64,000 nt of DNA from contig CAVPSW010000004.1 in the NCBI GenBank assembly GCA_963708585.1, forward strand, positions 106,875-170,874, in the 5' to 3' direction. A program made the position numbers and the translations under genes. The notes beneath the pieces are model-generated. The model was given only the letters and a program-made list of their open reading frames with translations, was not told where the DNA came from and searched no databases. Within the stretch, counting starts at the first letter, position 1. Every line of letters starts with the position of its first letter. Source of the DNA: an uncultured Alphaproteobacteria bacterium. Lineage in GTDB: Bacteria; Pseudomonadota; Alphaproteobacteria; Acetobacterales; Acetobacteraceae. Below, in pieces: positions 1 through 10,635 of this stretch.

Positions 1-450
1 TCGCGCGCCAGCAGCAGCAGGTGCGGCAGATGATGGAGCGGACGCTCAGCCCGTTCCTGCCGACCGGCGTGGAGGAGATGAGCCGGCAGAACATGGTCAT
101 GTTCGAGCGCGCGATCAGCATGTGGAACCCGTTCCACCGCGCGAGCGAGCCGGACACGGCCAGTCAAGCCGAGCCCAGCCAGGCCGAGCCCAGCCAGGCC
201 GAGCCCGAGTCAGGCCGAGCCGCCGCTCGCCCTCGAAGCGGCCGAGCGCGAGGAATTGGACCGTCTGCGCCAGGAGGTGGAAAGCCTTCGCCATCAGCTC
301 GCCGCCGCCCACGCCGCGGCGGTGGTGCCGCAGGCCGAGACGGCGGCGGTCCCGAGCAACGCCCCCGAGAACGTGCTGGCCGACCCGGCCCCGGACCTCA
401 ACGGTGCGCTCAAGCCGCAGCGCCGGCCTGCCCGCAAGGCGACGGCCTGA
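1..450 (+). CDS. phaR: PHA synthesis repressor PhaR, C-terminal part (5' end outside window; frame-broken as sequenced)
   Basis: Translation from nt 3 reads ...RQNMVMFERAISMWNPF, a PhaR-type motif. The C-terminal coiled part EELDRLRQEVESLRHQL continues in ORF 256..450, in another frame. Removing T210 joins the two pieces. Confidence 0.7.
165..225 (+). repeat. 15-bp tandem repeat (about 4 copies) encoding SQAEP pentapeptides inside phaR
   Basis: caagccgagcccagc / caggccgagcccagc / caggccgagcccgag / t / caggccgagccgcc, read directly. The extra t at 210 coincides with the frame change. Confidence 0.9.
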
Positions 451-463
451 TCGCAGGCGACGG

Positions 464-1461
464 TTACGGCCAGGCGAGCGGGGGGACGCGCAGCAGCGGA
501 TAACGCGCCACGCTGAGGATGCCGCGCGACAGCACCACCGGCAGGTGCACACTTTTGCCGCCGCTGGGCGCGGAGAGCACGGCGAGCACCGCCTTGGCCG
601 CCGAGGCCGCCGGGCCCGGAACCGCGCCGGAGCGAGCCAAGGCATCGAGCAGGTCGGGCAGACCGCTCGCGTCCACCGTTCCCGCCGCGTCCGGCTGAAG
701 CTGGTCGTCGAGCCCAACCGAGCCCTGGCCGAGGGCGGCGAGCGGGCCCCAGCGGAGGCTCGCCGGGCCGAGTGCCACGCGCCCGCCCGCATCCCGCCAG
801 GCCCGTGCGCTCGCGTCCGGAGTCGGCGCGTTCGGGAAAGGGCGTGTGGTGACGGCGGTCACGTGCAGCGCGTCCACTTGCGGTGACAGGGCGCCGCCCG
901 ATCCGTTCGGGAGGGCGATTCCGGTGAGGTCGGCGTCGACCCCGGTCGGCATCAGGGCGAGGTCGATGGCGCTGATGCTCAGCGTCCCGGCTGCGAACCG
1001 GCGCCTGGAGCTCACGGAGAGAGACGCGCGCCGGGTCGCGGCCCCTCAGGTCGAAGGTCGCCTCCGTGCGGGCGGTAAAGGCGAAGGGCGACAGGCCAGA
1101 GGCCGCGACGCGCTGGTCGCCGTCGGCGGCGGCGACCAGCACGGTGGGTCGGTCAAGGCCGATTCGGAGCCTGAGCGCGTTCGCGGCCCAGGCGAGATCG
1201 GGCGGAAACACCAGAGGGCCCGCCATGCAATGCGAATGGCGCGAACCGGACCTCGGCGGCGAGTGGCCAGCCGGTCCAGTGCGAGGGGCCCAGATCCGCC
1301 GTCCAGCCGTTCGCCTCGGCCTGTGCGGCCATGTCGCGCGCGTCGGCCTCGAGGCGGGCGCAAGCGAAAGCCAAGCCCCGTATCGATCGCCAGAACCAAC
1401 AAGACCAGGACGGCGAGCAGCTACGAGCCAGGCGGCGCCGGCGCGGGCGAGGGGCAATCAA
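464..1461 (-). CDS. DUF2125-like conserved alphaproteobacterial protein (needs 2 frame changes)
   Basis: ORF 1153..1461 (N-terminal TM segment, ...AAQAEANGWTA...), the middle of ORF 294..1457 (PLVFPPDLAWAANALRLRIGLDRPTVLVAAADGD...) and ORF 464..1015 concatenate into one protein. The family name is from memory. Confidence 0.55.
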
Positions 1462-1761
1462 AGGAAAGCCGATTGACGGTCGATACGTCGCATTTCTTGC
1501 AACTCGTCCACAGCGCTGATGGTTTACACACGGCTGTGAGCCGCGTCACGGATTCTTAACAATTCCGATCTTTGCAATTTCGTTGTAAATGATCAGAGCC
1601 CAGGCAAAATTTCAAGTGGGTTATCGCCATTTCGCCCGCCAAGTAGCGCTTGGAATCGAATCACTTCCGCATGTCGCTCCGGGCCGCCCGCCCCGGCCAC
1701 CAGACCGCCCACGATGAGCAGAGGCATCCCGCCCGGACCGGCCCTGTTCGACTTCATCCAC

Positions 1762-2475
1762 TTACTTATCCACAGGTGGCGTGACCAGGCGTGCATCGCG
1801 CCATCGACGACGCAACTCGGCCACAAGCTCTTTTTGCGGAAGGTCGGGCGCGATCGGTTCGCCGACATGGAGTTGAACACAGCCGGGCCGTTTGCGGAAG
1901 GCCCGGCGGCCCCAGTAACGGCCCGAGTCGGTCGCTACCGGAATGATCGGCAAGCCGGTGCGGGCCGCGATCATCGAGAAACCGCCCGCAATTCCGGCTC
2001 CTGGCCGAGCTCGACCCGCGTGCCTTCAGGGAATATCACGATTTGCCGTTTGGTCGGCCTTCGCACGCTCGGCCGCGCGCAGCAGCTTGCGCACCGAGGC
2101 CACGGATGCGCCGCGGTCGAGCGGGATCTGGCCGGCTGCGAGCAGCATCGGCCCGAACAGCGGGATGCGGGCGAGCTCCGCCTTGAAAACGTAGCTCACC
2201 CTCGGCACCAAGTTGACCCAGACCAGCGTGTCGAACGCCGATTGGTGCTGGGAGACGATCAGCGCCGGGCCGCGCGGGAGATTGGCTTCGCCCGTCACCC
2301 GCACATGGATGCCGCAGATCGTCCGCGCGCCGGCCAGCACGCTACGGGCCCAGAACTGCGCGAACGGCAATGCCCGGCGCGGCGCGAATGCGCGGACGAA
2401 CACGCCGACCACGCCAAGGACGAAGGTGATGCCGAAGAACCACAGGTTGAACACGGCCGAGCGCAGCAGGATCAC
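1762..2475 (-). CDS. plsC: 1-acyl-sn-glycerol-3-phosphate (lysophospholipid) acyltransferase (2 frame changes near 1975-2030)
   Basis: Has the acyltransferase HX4D-type motif VSQHQSAFD. IVIFPEGTR is readable in a shifted frame around 2030. The C-terminal part MIAARTGLPIIPVATDSG is ORF 1762..1974. A GTG start at 2475 overlaps a TGA in the alternative frame. Confidence 0.75.
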
Positions 2476-3066
2476 GGAGTGCTCCAGCCCGGGATGAGCC
2501 GATGCAGGCCGATGCCGGACCGCGAGCAGCTTGTCGTACTCGTTGGCGAGCAGGCGCAGCGTGGCCGGGTCCGGCGGGCCGCGCATCGCGGGCGGCTGCA
2601 CCGGATCGGGCAGCAGCTCGACGCCCGGGAGGTCATGACCGATCTCCCGCAAGGCGCGCGGCATGTGGTAGCCGGCGGTGACGACGATCAGCCGGTGCAC
2701 GCCGTTGCGGCGGGCCCAGGCGGCGGTCTCGGCCGCGTTGCCGACCGTCGTGGTGGCGAGGTGGCCGAGCGTCACGCGGTCGCCCAGCGTCGCCGGGTCG
2801 AGCTGCACCCGGTGCGCCAGTTCCGCCATCTCCGCCCCGCGGCCCACGCCGGAGACGAGCAGCGCCGGCGCCTTGCCCTCCGCCAGGAGGTGCAGGGCGC
2901 GTTCGATCCGGTCGGCGCCGCCGGTCAGCACGACGATCCCGTCCGCGGGCTCCGGAGCCGGCGCGACCCGGCGGGATTCACGGTCGTAGGCGTCGAAGCC
3001 GACCGCCCAGGCCGCGCCGAGGAGGAGCGGCGCGAGCAGGACGGGGACGGCCGCCCGGACGATCAC
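2472..3066 (-). CDS. YdcF/ElyC (DUF218) family envelope protein
   Basis: N-terminal part of ORF 2026..3066: signal/TM segment, then GIVVLTGGADRIERALHLL...VSGVG...TTTVGNAAETAAWARRNGVHRLIVVTAGYHMPRA, which is DUF218-like. The GTG start overlaps the ftsX stop (GTGA). Confidence 0.7.
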
Positions 3067-3992
3067 GGCAGCCGCCGCAACCAGCGTCGGACCGTGCCCT
3101 GTGCCGTCGCCCAGCCGATTGCGGCCGCGAGCAGCGGCAGGGTGGGCAGCGCCGCCCAGAGGCTCAGCGGCAGCGCGGCCAGCCCGGCGCCGATCCCGCC
3201 GGCCGTCTCCACCCCGCCAAACGGGGCGAGCAGGGCGGCAAGCCCGGCCAGCACCGGTAACGCCGCCACCGCGCCCACGGCCGCGCCGACCGCCGCCAAC
3301 CGAGTGGCCCGGCTCGCGAACCGGGCGGCGATGTAGCCATCCGTGGCGCCCAGCCCATGCACGGTCTCGATCGCGCCCCGCCTTGCCGCGAGACCGGCGC
3401 GGGTGGCCACGGCGATCACCGAGACAGCGACGAAGCCCACGATCGCCAGCGCGAGCGCGGCGCAGGCTTGCAGGCTGCGCGCCAAAGTCCCGAGCCGCCC
3501 CACCCAGCGGTCCTGTTCCTCCGCCAGCGTGCCCGGCGCCGCCAACTCCAGCGCCGCCGTGAGCGTCCGCGCGCTCTGGCCCAGGCGCCGCGCAGCCGGA
3601 CCTCGATGACGGCGGGCAGGGGCACGGCGATCCGGCCGGCGCCCGCGCCGAGCCAGGGCCGGAGCAGGGCCTCCAGCTCGTCCTGACGGAGCACCCGCGT
3701 CTCGCCGATCCCGGGCATACCGGCGAGGGCGGCGCCGACCCGGGCCAGCCGCGTCCCGCCGCCGCCCGGCGGCCTCCGCCTCCGGCCGCGGCACCTGCAC
3801 GGTCAGCAGCCCGGCCGCGCCGCCCTGCCAGTGACGCGCCAGCGCGGCGGCGCCCACCGCGCCGGCGAGCGCCAGCGCCGCCAGGAACGCCATCGCCGCC
3901 ACCAGCGACGGCAGCAGCCGGTCGGACAGCGCGCGCTTCACGCCGAGATCGTCGAACCCGGCGGGGCGGAGCAGCTTCCGCCTAGTCGTCAC
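3063..3992 (-). CDS. ftsX: Cell-division ABC transporter permease-like protein FtsX (internal frame changes)
   Basis: ORF 3063..3992 has four C-terminal TM segments (...GAIETVHGLGATDGYIAARF...). The central segment reads correctly only in ORF 3416..3718 (GIGETRVLRQDELEALLRPWLG). It lies immediately downstream of ftsE. Confidence 0.75.
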   Translation of the reverse strand: MTTRRKLLRPAGFDDLGVKRALSDRLLPSLVAAMAFLAALALAGAVGAAALARHWQGGAAGLLTVQVPRPEAEAAGRRRDAAGPGRRRPRRYARDRRDAGAPSGRAGGPAPALARRGRRPDRRAPARRHRGPAARRLGQSARTLTAALELAAPGTLAEEQDRWVGRLGTLARSLQACAALALAIVGFVAVSVIAVATRAGLAARRGAIETVHGLGATDGYIAARFASRATRLAAVGAAVGAVAALPVLAGLAALLAPFGGVETAGGIGAGLAALPLSLWAALPTLPLLAAAIGWATAQGTVRRWLRRLP

Positions 3993-4651
3993 GGACCAAG
4001 TGCCCCTCCAGCAGCCGAAGCGTGTGCGCCGGGTAGCGCTGGACCAGCGAAGTCGTTGTGCGTCGCGATCACCACCGTCGTCCCAAGCCGGTTCATCTCC
4101 TGCAGGAGCTGCATCAGCCGCTCCGCTTGCACCTCGTCGAGATTGCCCGTGGGCTCGTCGGCCAGCAGCAGCAACGGGCGGGCGACCACGGCGCGGGCAA
4201 TCGCGACCCGCTGCTGCTCGCCGCCGGACAGTTCCTCCGGGTGCGCGGCGAGCTTGCGCGAGAGCCCGACCCAGCTCAGCAGCTCGATCGCGTCGACCCG
4301 GATCTGCCCCTCCGTGCGCCCGGCGATGCGGAGCGGCAGGGCGACGTTGTCATAGACGGAGAGGTGCGGCAGCAGCCGGAAATCCTGGAACACCATGCCG
4401 ATCCGGCGGCGGAGGAAGGGCAGGTCGGCCCGCTGCGCGTCGCCGATGTCCTGACCGAGCAGGATCAGCCGGCCCTGGCTCGGAAGGGCCGAGAGCGACA
4501 GGAGCCGAAGCAGGCTCGTCTTGCCCGCCCCCGACGGCCCGAGCAGCCATCGGAACCCTCCCTCTTCAACCTCGAAGCTCACGTCCCGCAGGACCGGCGT
4601 CATCGCCTGGCCGGTTCCGTAGTTGAGCCCGACCTCCTCCAGCCGCACCAT
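3982..4651 (-). CDS. ftsE: Cell-division ATP-binding protein FtsE (frame change near 4055)
   Basis: ATG at 4651. Walker A GPSGAGKT, signature LSGGEQQR, Walker B LLLADEP. After ATHNDF the conserved tail LVQRYPAHTLRLLEGHLVRDD* is in another frame and stops at 3982-3984, overlapping the ftsX start by 11 nt. Confidence 0.9.
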
Positions 4652-4768
4652 ATCCGAATCGCTGTCTCGTCCGCCGCGACGTTCTGCCACGGCGAGCGCC
4701 CGGCCGGAACCACCCCCATTGTTCCGGGACTGTTCACGGCCGCCTGGCAAAGGTATCACCGGGCAGCC

Positions 4769-5164
4769 ATGAGGATTGTTTGCCCGGCCTGTACTGCCGC
4801 CTATGAGGTGCCCGAGGATCGCCTGCATCCCGGCCAGGTTGTCCGCTGTGCGCGTTGCGGCGCGGATTGGACGCCGCTGCAACCGGAGGAGATGGCCGGC
4901 GCCCGATTGCTGCACCCGAGCCGCCGGCGCCGATCGCCGACCCGCCGCCGCCGATTCCGGGCCCATTCCCGCGCCGATTGCCGCCGAAAGCATGCCTGCG
5001 CCGAGCCGGCGCCGCCCAACCGCGCTTGCTGCCGCCTGGGTGCTCAGCGTGGTCGTCCTGCTCGGGCTGGGATGGGGTGCGTTCGCGGCGCGCGGACCCG
5101 ATCATGCACGCCTGGCCGCCAAGCACCCGCGCTCTATGCCGCGTTCGGCCTGGCCACGCCCTAG
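4769..5164 (+). CDS. MJ0042-type zinc-ribbon membrane protein (frame-broken)
   Basis: Starts MRIVCPACTAAYEVPEDRLHPGQVVRCARCGADW (two CxxC pairs). A TM segment LAAAWVLSVVVLLGLGWGAF appears in a second frame (ORF 4776..5171). Confidence 0.55.
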   Translation: MRIVCPACTAAYEVPEDRLHPGQVVRCARCGADWTPLQPEEMAGARLLHPSRRRRSPTRRRRFRAHSRADCRRKHACAEPAPPNRACCRLGAQRGRPARAGMGCVRGARTRSCTPGRQAPALYAAFGLATP

Positions 5165-5167
5165 CGG

Positions 5168-7771
5168 TTAGAAGGGCTTGAGCAGCCGGTCGATATAGTC
5201 GAGCTCCGGCTGCGGCCGGGTCCGGTCGGCGCCGCGGCGGCGCAGCTCCTCCTGGATTTCGCGGGTGCGGGCCTGCTCCATCTCGTCGGGCACGCGGACG
5301 TCGCCGGCGTCGGTGGCGCCCGAGGTGCCCTGGTGCAGCGGGCGGCCAAGCGGGTCGCGGCGGGCACTGCGGCGCTGCCCGTTGCCGGACTCGTCGCCCG
5401 GCCGCGGGCCGTTGGTGAGCCCGTCGCCGTTGTCCGTGCTGTAGGCGTCGCCGTTGCTGCCGTCCTGCAACTCGCCCTCCTCGCCCTCTTGGCCCTGGCC
5501 GACGCCGAACTGCCGCGCGAGCTGCTGCCCCATCTGCCGGCCGCCCTTCTGCAACGCCTCGATGGCGCGCTTCTCGGCGCTGCCGGCGGCGGCATCGCGG
5601 CCGTCAGCGAGTGCCTGCGCCGCGTCGCGCATGGCCTGGTCGGCCTCGCCGAGCGGGGCCGGCACCTCGCCGGTCAGGTCGCCGAAGCGCTGCATCAGCT
5701 CGCCGAGCGCGCGGCGCATCGCCTGCTGCGACTTCGTGTCGCCGGCGCGCTGCTGGCCGGGCTGCGGCGGCCGGCCTGAGCCTGCGACTGCTGGCCCGGC
5801 CGCGGCTGCGGCTGCGGCCTGCCCGGCAGTTGGGGCGGTTCGGCGGAGCGGGTCGCGCTGCGGTCGAGCAGCTGACCTTCCCGCTGCACCATGTCCTGAA
5901 CCGCGTCGGTCTGCTCGCGCCCGCGTTGGCGACCCTCGGCACGGCGCCGCTCACGTTCCTCGCCGGTTTCCGGCCGGGCGTTCTGGAGCTGCTGCAGGAG
6001 CTGCTCGAGTTGGGCCATCTGCTGGCGCGCGTCGTCCATGCGGCCCTCGCGCAGCAACTGCTGAAGCTGCTGGGCGAGGCGGTCGAGGTCGCGGGCGCTC
6101 GTGTGCGGCAGGTTCGGGTCGAACGGCATCTCCGTGCCGTCGCGCTTGGCCTGCTCGGCCAGCGCCTCCAGATGCTTCTGGATCGCGTCCCGGAGTTCCT
6201 GGATCCGGCGGTCGATCTCCGCCTTGTCCGCCGGTTCCGGCCGGTTCGGGTCCAGCGCGTCGCGCATCGCCTGGCGCGCCTGCTCGAGCGCGCGCGCCGT
6301 CCGCTCGACGCCGCCCTCCTCGAGCGCCAGCGCCATCTGCCACATGCGCTCCTGCGCCTCGTCGATCGCCTCCTGGCCGTCGCCGTCGGCGAGCAAGGCC
6401 GAGAGCGCGCGCAGGTTGAGCAGGATCCCGGTGGCGTTGTCGAACGAGTTCAGGCTGGTCGGCGATGGCGTCGAGCGTCATGCGAGCCGGCCGGCGCTCG
6501 TCCGGGGTGAGGCTGAGCTGGCGGCGGATGGCGATCAGCGCCCGCGCCACCGGGTGGTGGAACGGCCGCTCCGGCAGGGTGAACTCGGCCGGCGCGCTCC
6601 GCCCGGCCTGGCCGAGCGCGTCCTTGGCGACGAGGCGGGCGATGACCGGCAGGCCGGCCCAGGGATGGGCGGTGAGGTCGGGGACCACGACGCCATGCGC
6701 CGTCTTCGGGCTGCCGGACAGCGGGGCGGTGACGACGAGCGGGTCGGCATCCGGCCGGTCGCGCAGCCGCAACTCGACGGCGACGGAGGTCACGCCGTAA
6801 TCGTCGACGGCCTGCCAGGCGAAGCGGCTTTGCAGAGTCTGACGGCCGCCGACGACGTTGGGGCCGGGCGGCTCGGTGAAGGCCGGGACCGGCGCCTGGT
6901 CGGGGATCATCGTCAGCGTCCAGGCGGCCAGCGTGCCGCCGCGGCGCTCCAGCACCACGCGGTCGCGGCCGGCTTCGCCGGTGCCCAAGTCGCGCTCGCC
7001 CTGCCAACTCGTGGCGTCGAGCGCGCGCAGGGGCTCGGAGGCGCCGTTCACGGCCAGCGCCGGCTCGCCGCTGCCGCCGGTGACGCTCGCGGTCAGGTGC
7101 GACCCGGCGGGGACGCGCAGCTCCGCGGTGTCCGTGTGCAGCAGCAACGGGGGCAGGCCGGTGTAGGCCGGCGGCGTGATCCAAGCCTGGACCTGCGTGC
7201 CCGGCCCGGCGGCGCTCGCGGGCAGCGTCGGCAGGATCGCGCGCAACAGCCGGGACGGGGCGTCGGGCCCGGCAATGGCGAGGCAGGCCACGAACGCGAC
7301 CAGCAGGCCGCCGCGCAGCGCCCACACGTCCTGCGACGCGAGGCCGGGCCGCGGCACGCCAACGCGGAGGTTGGCGAGCTGCGCGGCCAGACGCTGGACG
7401 TGGACGCGCCACAGCATCTCCTGCTCGGGCGTCGGGTCGACCGGCTGGTCGCCGAGCGTCGCGAGCGGCCGGTGGCGCAGACCGCTCTCGCGCTCGAGCC
7501 GCCGGTCCGCCAGCGCGGCGGTCGGGCGGCTGACCCGGCGAAGGCCGCGCCACAGCAGCGCCGCGGCGGCTAGCAGGGCGGCGATCAGCAGGAGGAGCCG
7601 CGGCCAGGGATCGAGCAGCGCGGGAACGTCCAGCAGGCCGAGGCAGAGATAGGCGCCGAGAATCCCGAGCGCCGGCCAGACGGCCGGCCAAAGCTGCTCG
7701 AACCAGAGCGCCGCGTGCGCGGCCGACCGCTTGCGCGCGAGGAGGGCGGGCTCGAGCGGCGGCCGGGTCAC
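5168..7771 (-). CDS. TIGR02302/DUF4175-type large membrane protein (about 865 aa; frame changes near 6430 and 5700)
   Basis: ORFs 5951..7771, 5695..6396 and 5168..5719 join into one protein. It has N-terminal TM helices, a central beta-rich part, and a C-terminal coiled acidic region (...LQELRDAIQKHLEALAEQAKRDG...ELRRRGADRTRPQPELDYIDRLLKPF). The GTG start overlaps the lysA stop. Confidence 0.6.
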
Positions 7772-9094
7772 CTGAGCCAGTCCGGCACCGTCTCGCTGGA
7801 CCAGAGCGCCTCGACCGGTTGCCGCGCCCGGATGACCGACCAGCGATCGCCGTCGACCATCACTTCGGCGGCCAGCGGGCGAGCGTTGTACGTCGAACTC
7901 ATCACCGAACCATACGCGCCGGCATCGAGGATCGCCAATCGAGAGTTGCGGCGCAGCACGGGCAGCATGCGCCCGCGGGCGAACGTGTCCCCGGTCTCGC
8001 AGACCGGCCCGACCACGTCGAACGGCGCGGTCGGCGCGGCGGCGTCGATGGCGGAAACGGGGACGATGCCGTGCCAGGCCTCATACATGGCCGGGCGCAG
8101 CAGGTCGTTCATCGCCGCGTCCAGCACGACGAAACGCCGCTCGCCGGTGCGCTTGACGAGGATGACCGAGGCGAGCAGCAGCCCGGCCGGGCCGGCCAGC
8201 CAACGCCCGGGCTCGACCGCGAGCTCGACGTCCAAGCCCCCGAACGCGCCGCGGATCGCCGCGGCCAGCGCCTCGGGCGAGGCCGAGGGCTCATCGCGAT
8301 AGCCGATCCCGAGCCCGCCGCCACAATCCACGGTGCGGACCGTCTGCCCCGAGGCGCGCAGCGTCGTGGACCAACTCGGCGGCGCGGCGGTAGGCGGCGC
8401 GGAACGGGCGCGGTGGACAGGATCTGGCTGCCGATGTGGAACGCGATCCCGACCGGCTCGATCCCCGGCAGCGCGGCCGCCTCCGCGTAGAGCCCCGCGG
8501 CGTCGGCATAGGCGATGCCGAACTTGTTCTCGGCCCGGCCGGTGGTGATCTTGGCATGGGTGCCGGCGTCGACGTCCGGGTTGATCCGGAGCGCGACCCG
8601 GGCGGTCCGGCCGAGGCCGGCCAGCGACCGCGGACAGCGCCTGCAGCTCCTCCGCGCTCTCCACGTTGATCTGGCCCACGCCGCGCTCGAGCGCGAGGCG
8701 GAGCTCCCAATCCTGCTTGCCGACCCCGGAGAAGACGATGTGCGCCGGGTCGACGCCGGCCAGAAGCGCGCGGTGCAGCTCGCCGCCACTGACCACGTCG
8801 GCGCCGGCGCCCGCCCTCGGCCATCAGGCGCAGGACCGCGAGGTGGTCGTTGGCCTTGACCGCGTAGTGCACGCGGGCCGGGAACGTCCCGCAGCGCATC
8901 CTGCAGCCGGCGCAGGCGCCGCGCAGCGAGCCGGCGGAGATCACCCAGGTCGGGGTCCCGACCGCATCGGCGATGGCCTGGAGCGGCACGCCCTCGACCA
9001 GCAGCCCGTCCATCGCGTGCATCGAGAGGTGCGGCCGCGCGGCGATCAGCTCGGCGGCGGTCGGGTCGGCATCGGGGAGCAGGGCGGCGGACAT
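7768..9094 (-). CDS. lysA: Diaminopimelate decarboxylase (frame-broken)
   Basis: ATG at 9094 (MSAALLPDADP...). PLP-lysine motif HYAVKAN. C-terminal part in ORF 7768..8796 with VGPVCETGDTF. The pieces lie in three frames. Confidence 0.9.
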
Positions 9095-9096
9095 GC

Positions 9097-9219
9097 TCAG
9101 CGGGACGGATATTGGTGCGGGTAGATGATCTCGTTCGCCGGGCCGGGGGCCGACGGCGCGCCCTTCTTGCCGCAAGCGGCGAGCGCCAGCAGCGCGGCGA
9201 CGAGCAGCGCAGCCCTCAT
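9097..9219 (-). CDS. Small lipoprotein (40 aa, LptM/YifL-like position between argH and lysA)
   Basis: [20 protein letters not shown]..., with a lipobox LAAC. Its ATG overlaps the argH stop (ATGA at 9216-9219). Confidence 0.6.
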   Translation of the reverse strand: MRAALLVAALLALAACGKKGAPSAPGPANEIIYPHQYPSR

Positions 9220-10632
9220 CGCAGCGCCTCCTGCCAGCGCCGCGCCTGGGCCGCCACGTTCGCCGGCGCGGTGCCGCCATAGCTGGTCCGGCTGGCGACG
9301 GAGGCGTCCACCGTCAGCACGCTGAACACGTCCGCAGTGATCGCCCGGCTCCTCCGCCTGCATCTCCTCCAGGCTCAGCCCGGCCAAGATCCACCCCGCG
9401 CGCCTCCGCCCGCGCGACCAGCCGCCCGGTCACGTGATGCGCGGTCCGGAACGGCAGGCGGAGCACGCGGACCAGCCAGTCGGCCAGGTCCGTCGCCGTC
9501 GCGAAGCCGGAGCCGGCCAGCGCCCGCATCCGCGCCAGGTCCGGAGCGAAGTCCCGCACCATGCCGCCGATCGCGGCCAAGCGACAGCGAGAGCGCGTCG
9601 GCGGCGTCGAACACCGGCTCCTTGTCCTCCTGCGTGTCCTTGGCGTAGGCGAGCGGCAGCCCCTTCATCACCGTCAGCAGCGCGACCAGCGCGCCGGTGA
9701 TCCGGCCGGTCTTGGCCCGCGCCAGCTCCGCCGCGTCCGGGTTGCGCTTCTGCGGCATGATCGAGCTGCCGGTGGTGAACGCGTCGGACAGGCGGATGAA
9801 GCCGAACGGCGCGCTGCACCAGATCACGATCTCCTCGGCCAGGCGCGAGAGGTGCGTGGCGCAGATCGCGGCCGCGGCGAGGAACTCGAGCGCGAAGTCG
9901 CGGTCGCTGACCGCGTCCAGCGAGTTGGCGGTCGGCCGGTCGAAGCCGAGGGCCTTCGCCGTCATCTCCCGATCGATCGGGAAACTGGTGCCGGCAAGCG
10001 CCGCGGAGCCGAGCGGGCTCTCGTTGAGCCGCGCCCGTGCGTCGGCGAGCCGGCCGCGGTCGCGGGCCAGCATCTCGACATAGGCGAGCAGGTGGTGGCC
10101 GAGCGTCACCGGCTGCGCCGTCTGCAGGTGGGTGAAGCCCGGCATCGGGTCCGCCGCGTGCTCGGACGCGCGGTCGGCCAGCGCGCGCATCACGTCGGCG
10201 ACCTGCGCCTCGAGCCCGTCGATCGCGTCGCGCACCCAGAGGCGGAAATCGGTGGCGACCTGGTCGTTGCGGCTCCGCCCCGTGTGCAGCCGCTTGCCGG
10301 CCTCGCCGATCCGCTCGGTCAGCCGCGCCTCGATGTTCATGTGGATGTCTTCGAGCGCCTCCGTGAACGGGAAGCGCCCGGCCTCGATCTCGCGCCGCGA
10401 TCTCCTCGAGCCCGCGCGCGATCGCCCGCTCGTCCTCGTCCGTGATCACGCCGGCCCGGGCCAGCATCGCCGCGTGCGCCCGGCTGCCGCTGATGTCCTG
10501 GCGCCAGAGCTTGCGGTCGAAGCCGATCGAGGCGTTGATGTCCTGCATGATGACGGAGGGACCGCGGGCGAACCGGCCGCCCCACTGGGCGTTCGCTTCC
10601 GCGTTGCGGGACTCGTCTTCGCTTAGGGGCAC
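9216..10632 (-). CDS. argH: Argininosuccinate lyase (several frame changes)
   Basis: GTG at 10632, ...[24 protein letters not shown]. Fumarate-lyase signature [12 protein letters not shown] is in ORF 9375..10340. The tail ...[21 protein letters not shown] ends at 9216. Confidence 0.9.
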
Positions 10633-10635
10633 GCC

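Noticed and set aside
1500-1757. A DUF3126-like small protein pieced together from EVIRF.., GDNPLEI.., LIIYNEIAKIGIV.., TISAVDELQE fragments on the minus strand.
   Set aside because: It needs at least three frame changes plus read-through of an in-frame stop. The region is AT-rich, unlike every confident gene here. The resemblance is too weak to support.
2026-3066. An apparent single 346-aa ORF fusing YdcF/DUF218 to the PlsC acyltransferase.
   Set aside because: An alternative frame at the junction gives ...GWSTP-TGA overlapping a GTG (GTGA at 2472-2475) that starts the acyltransferase. This matches the overlap style of the neighbouring genes. The fusion is most likely created by an indel in the ydcF tail.
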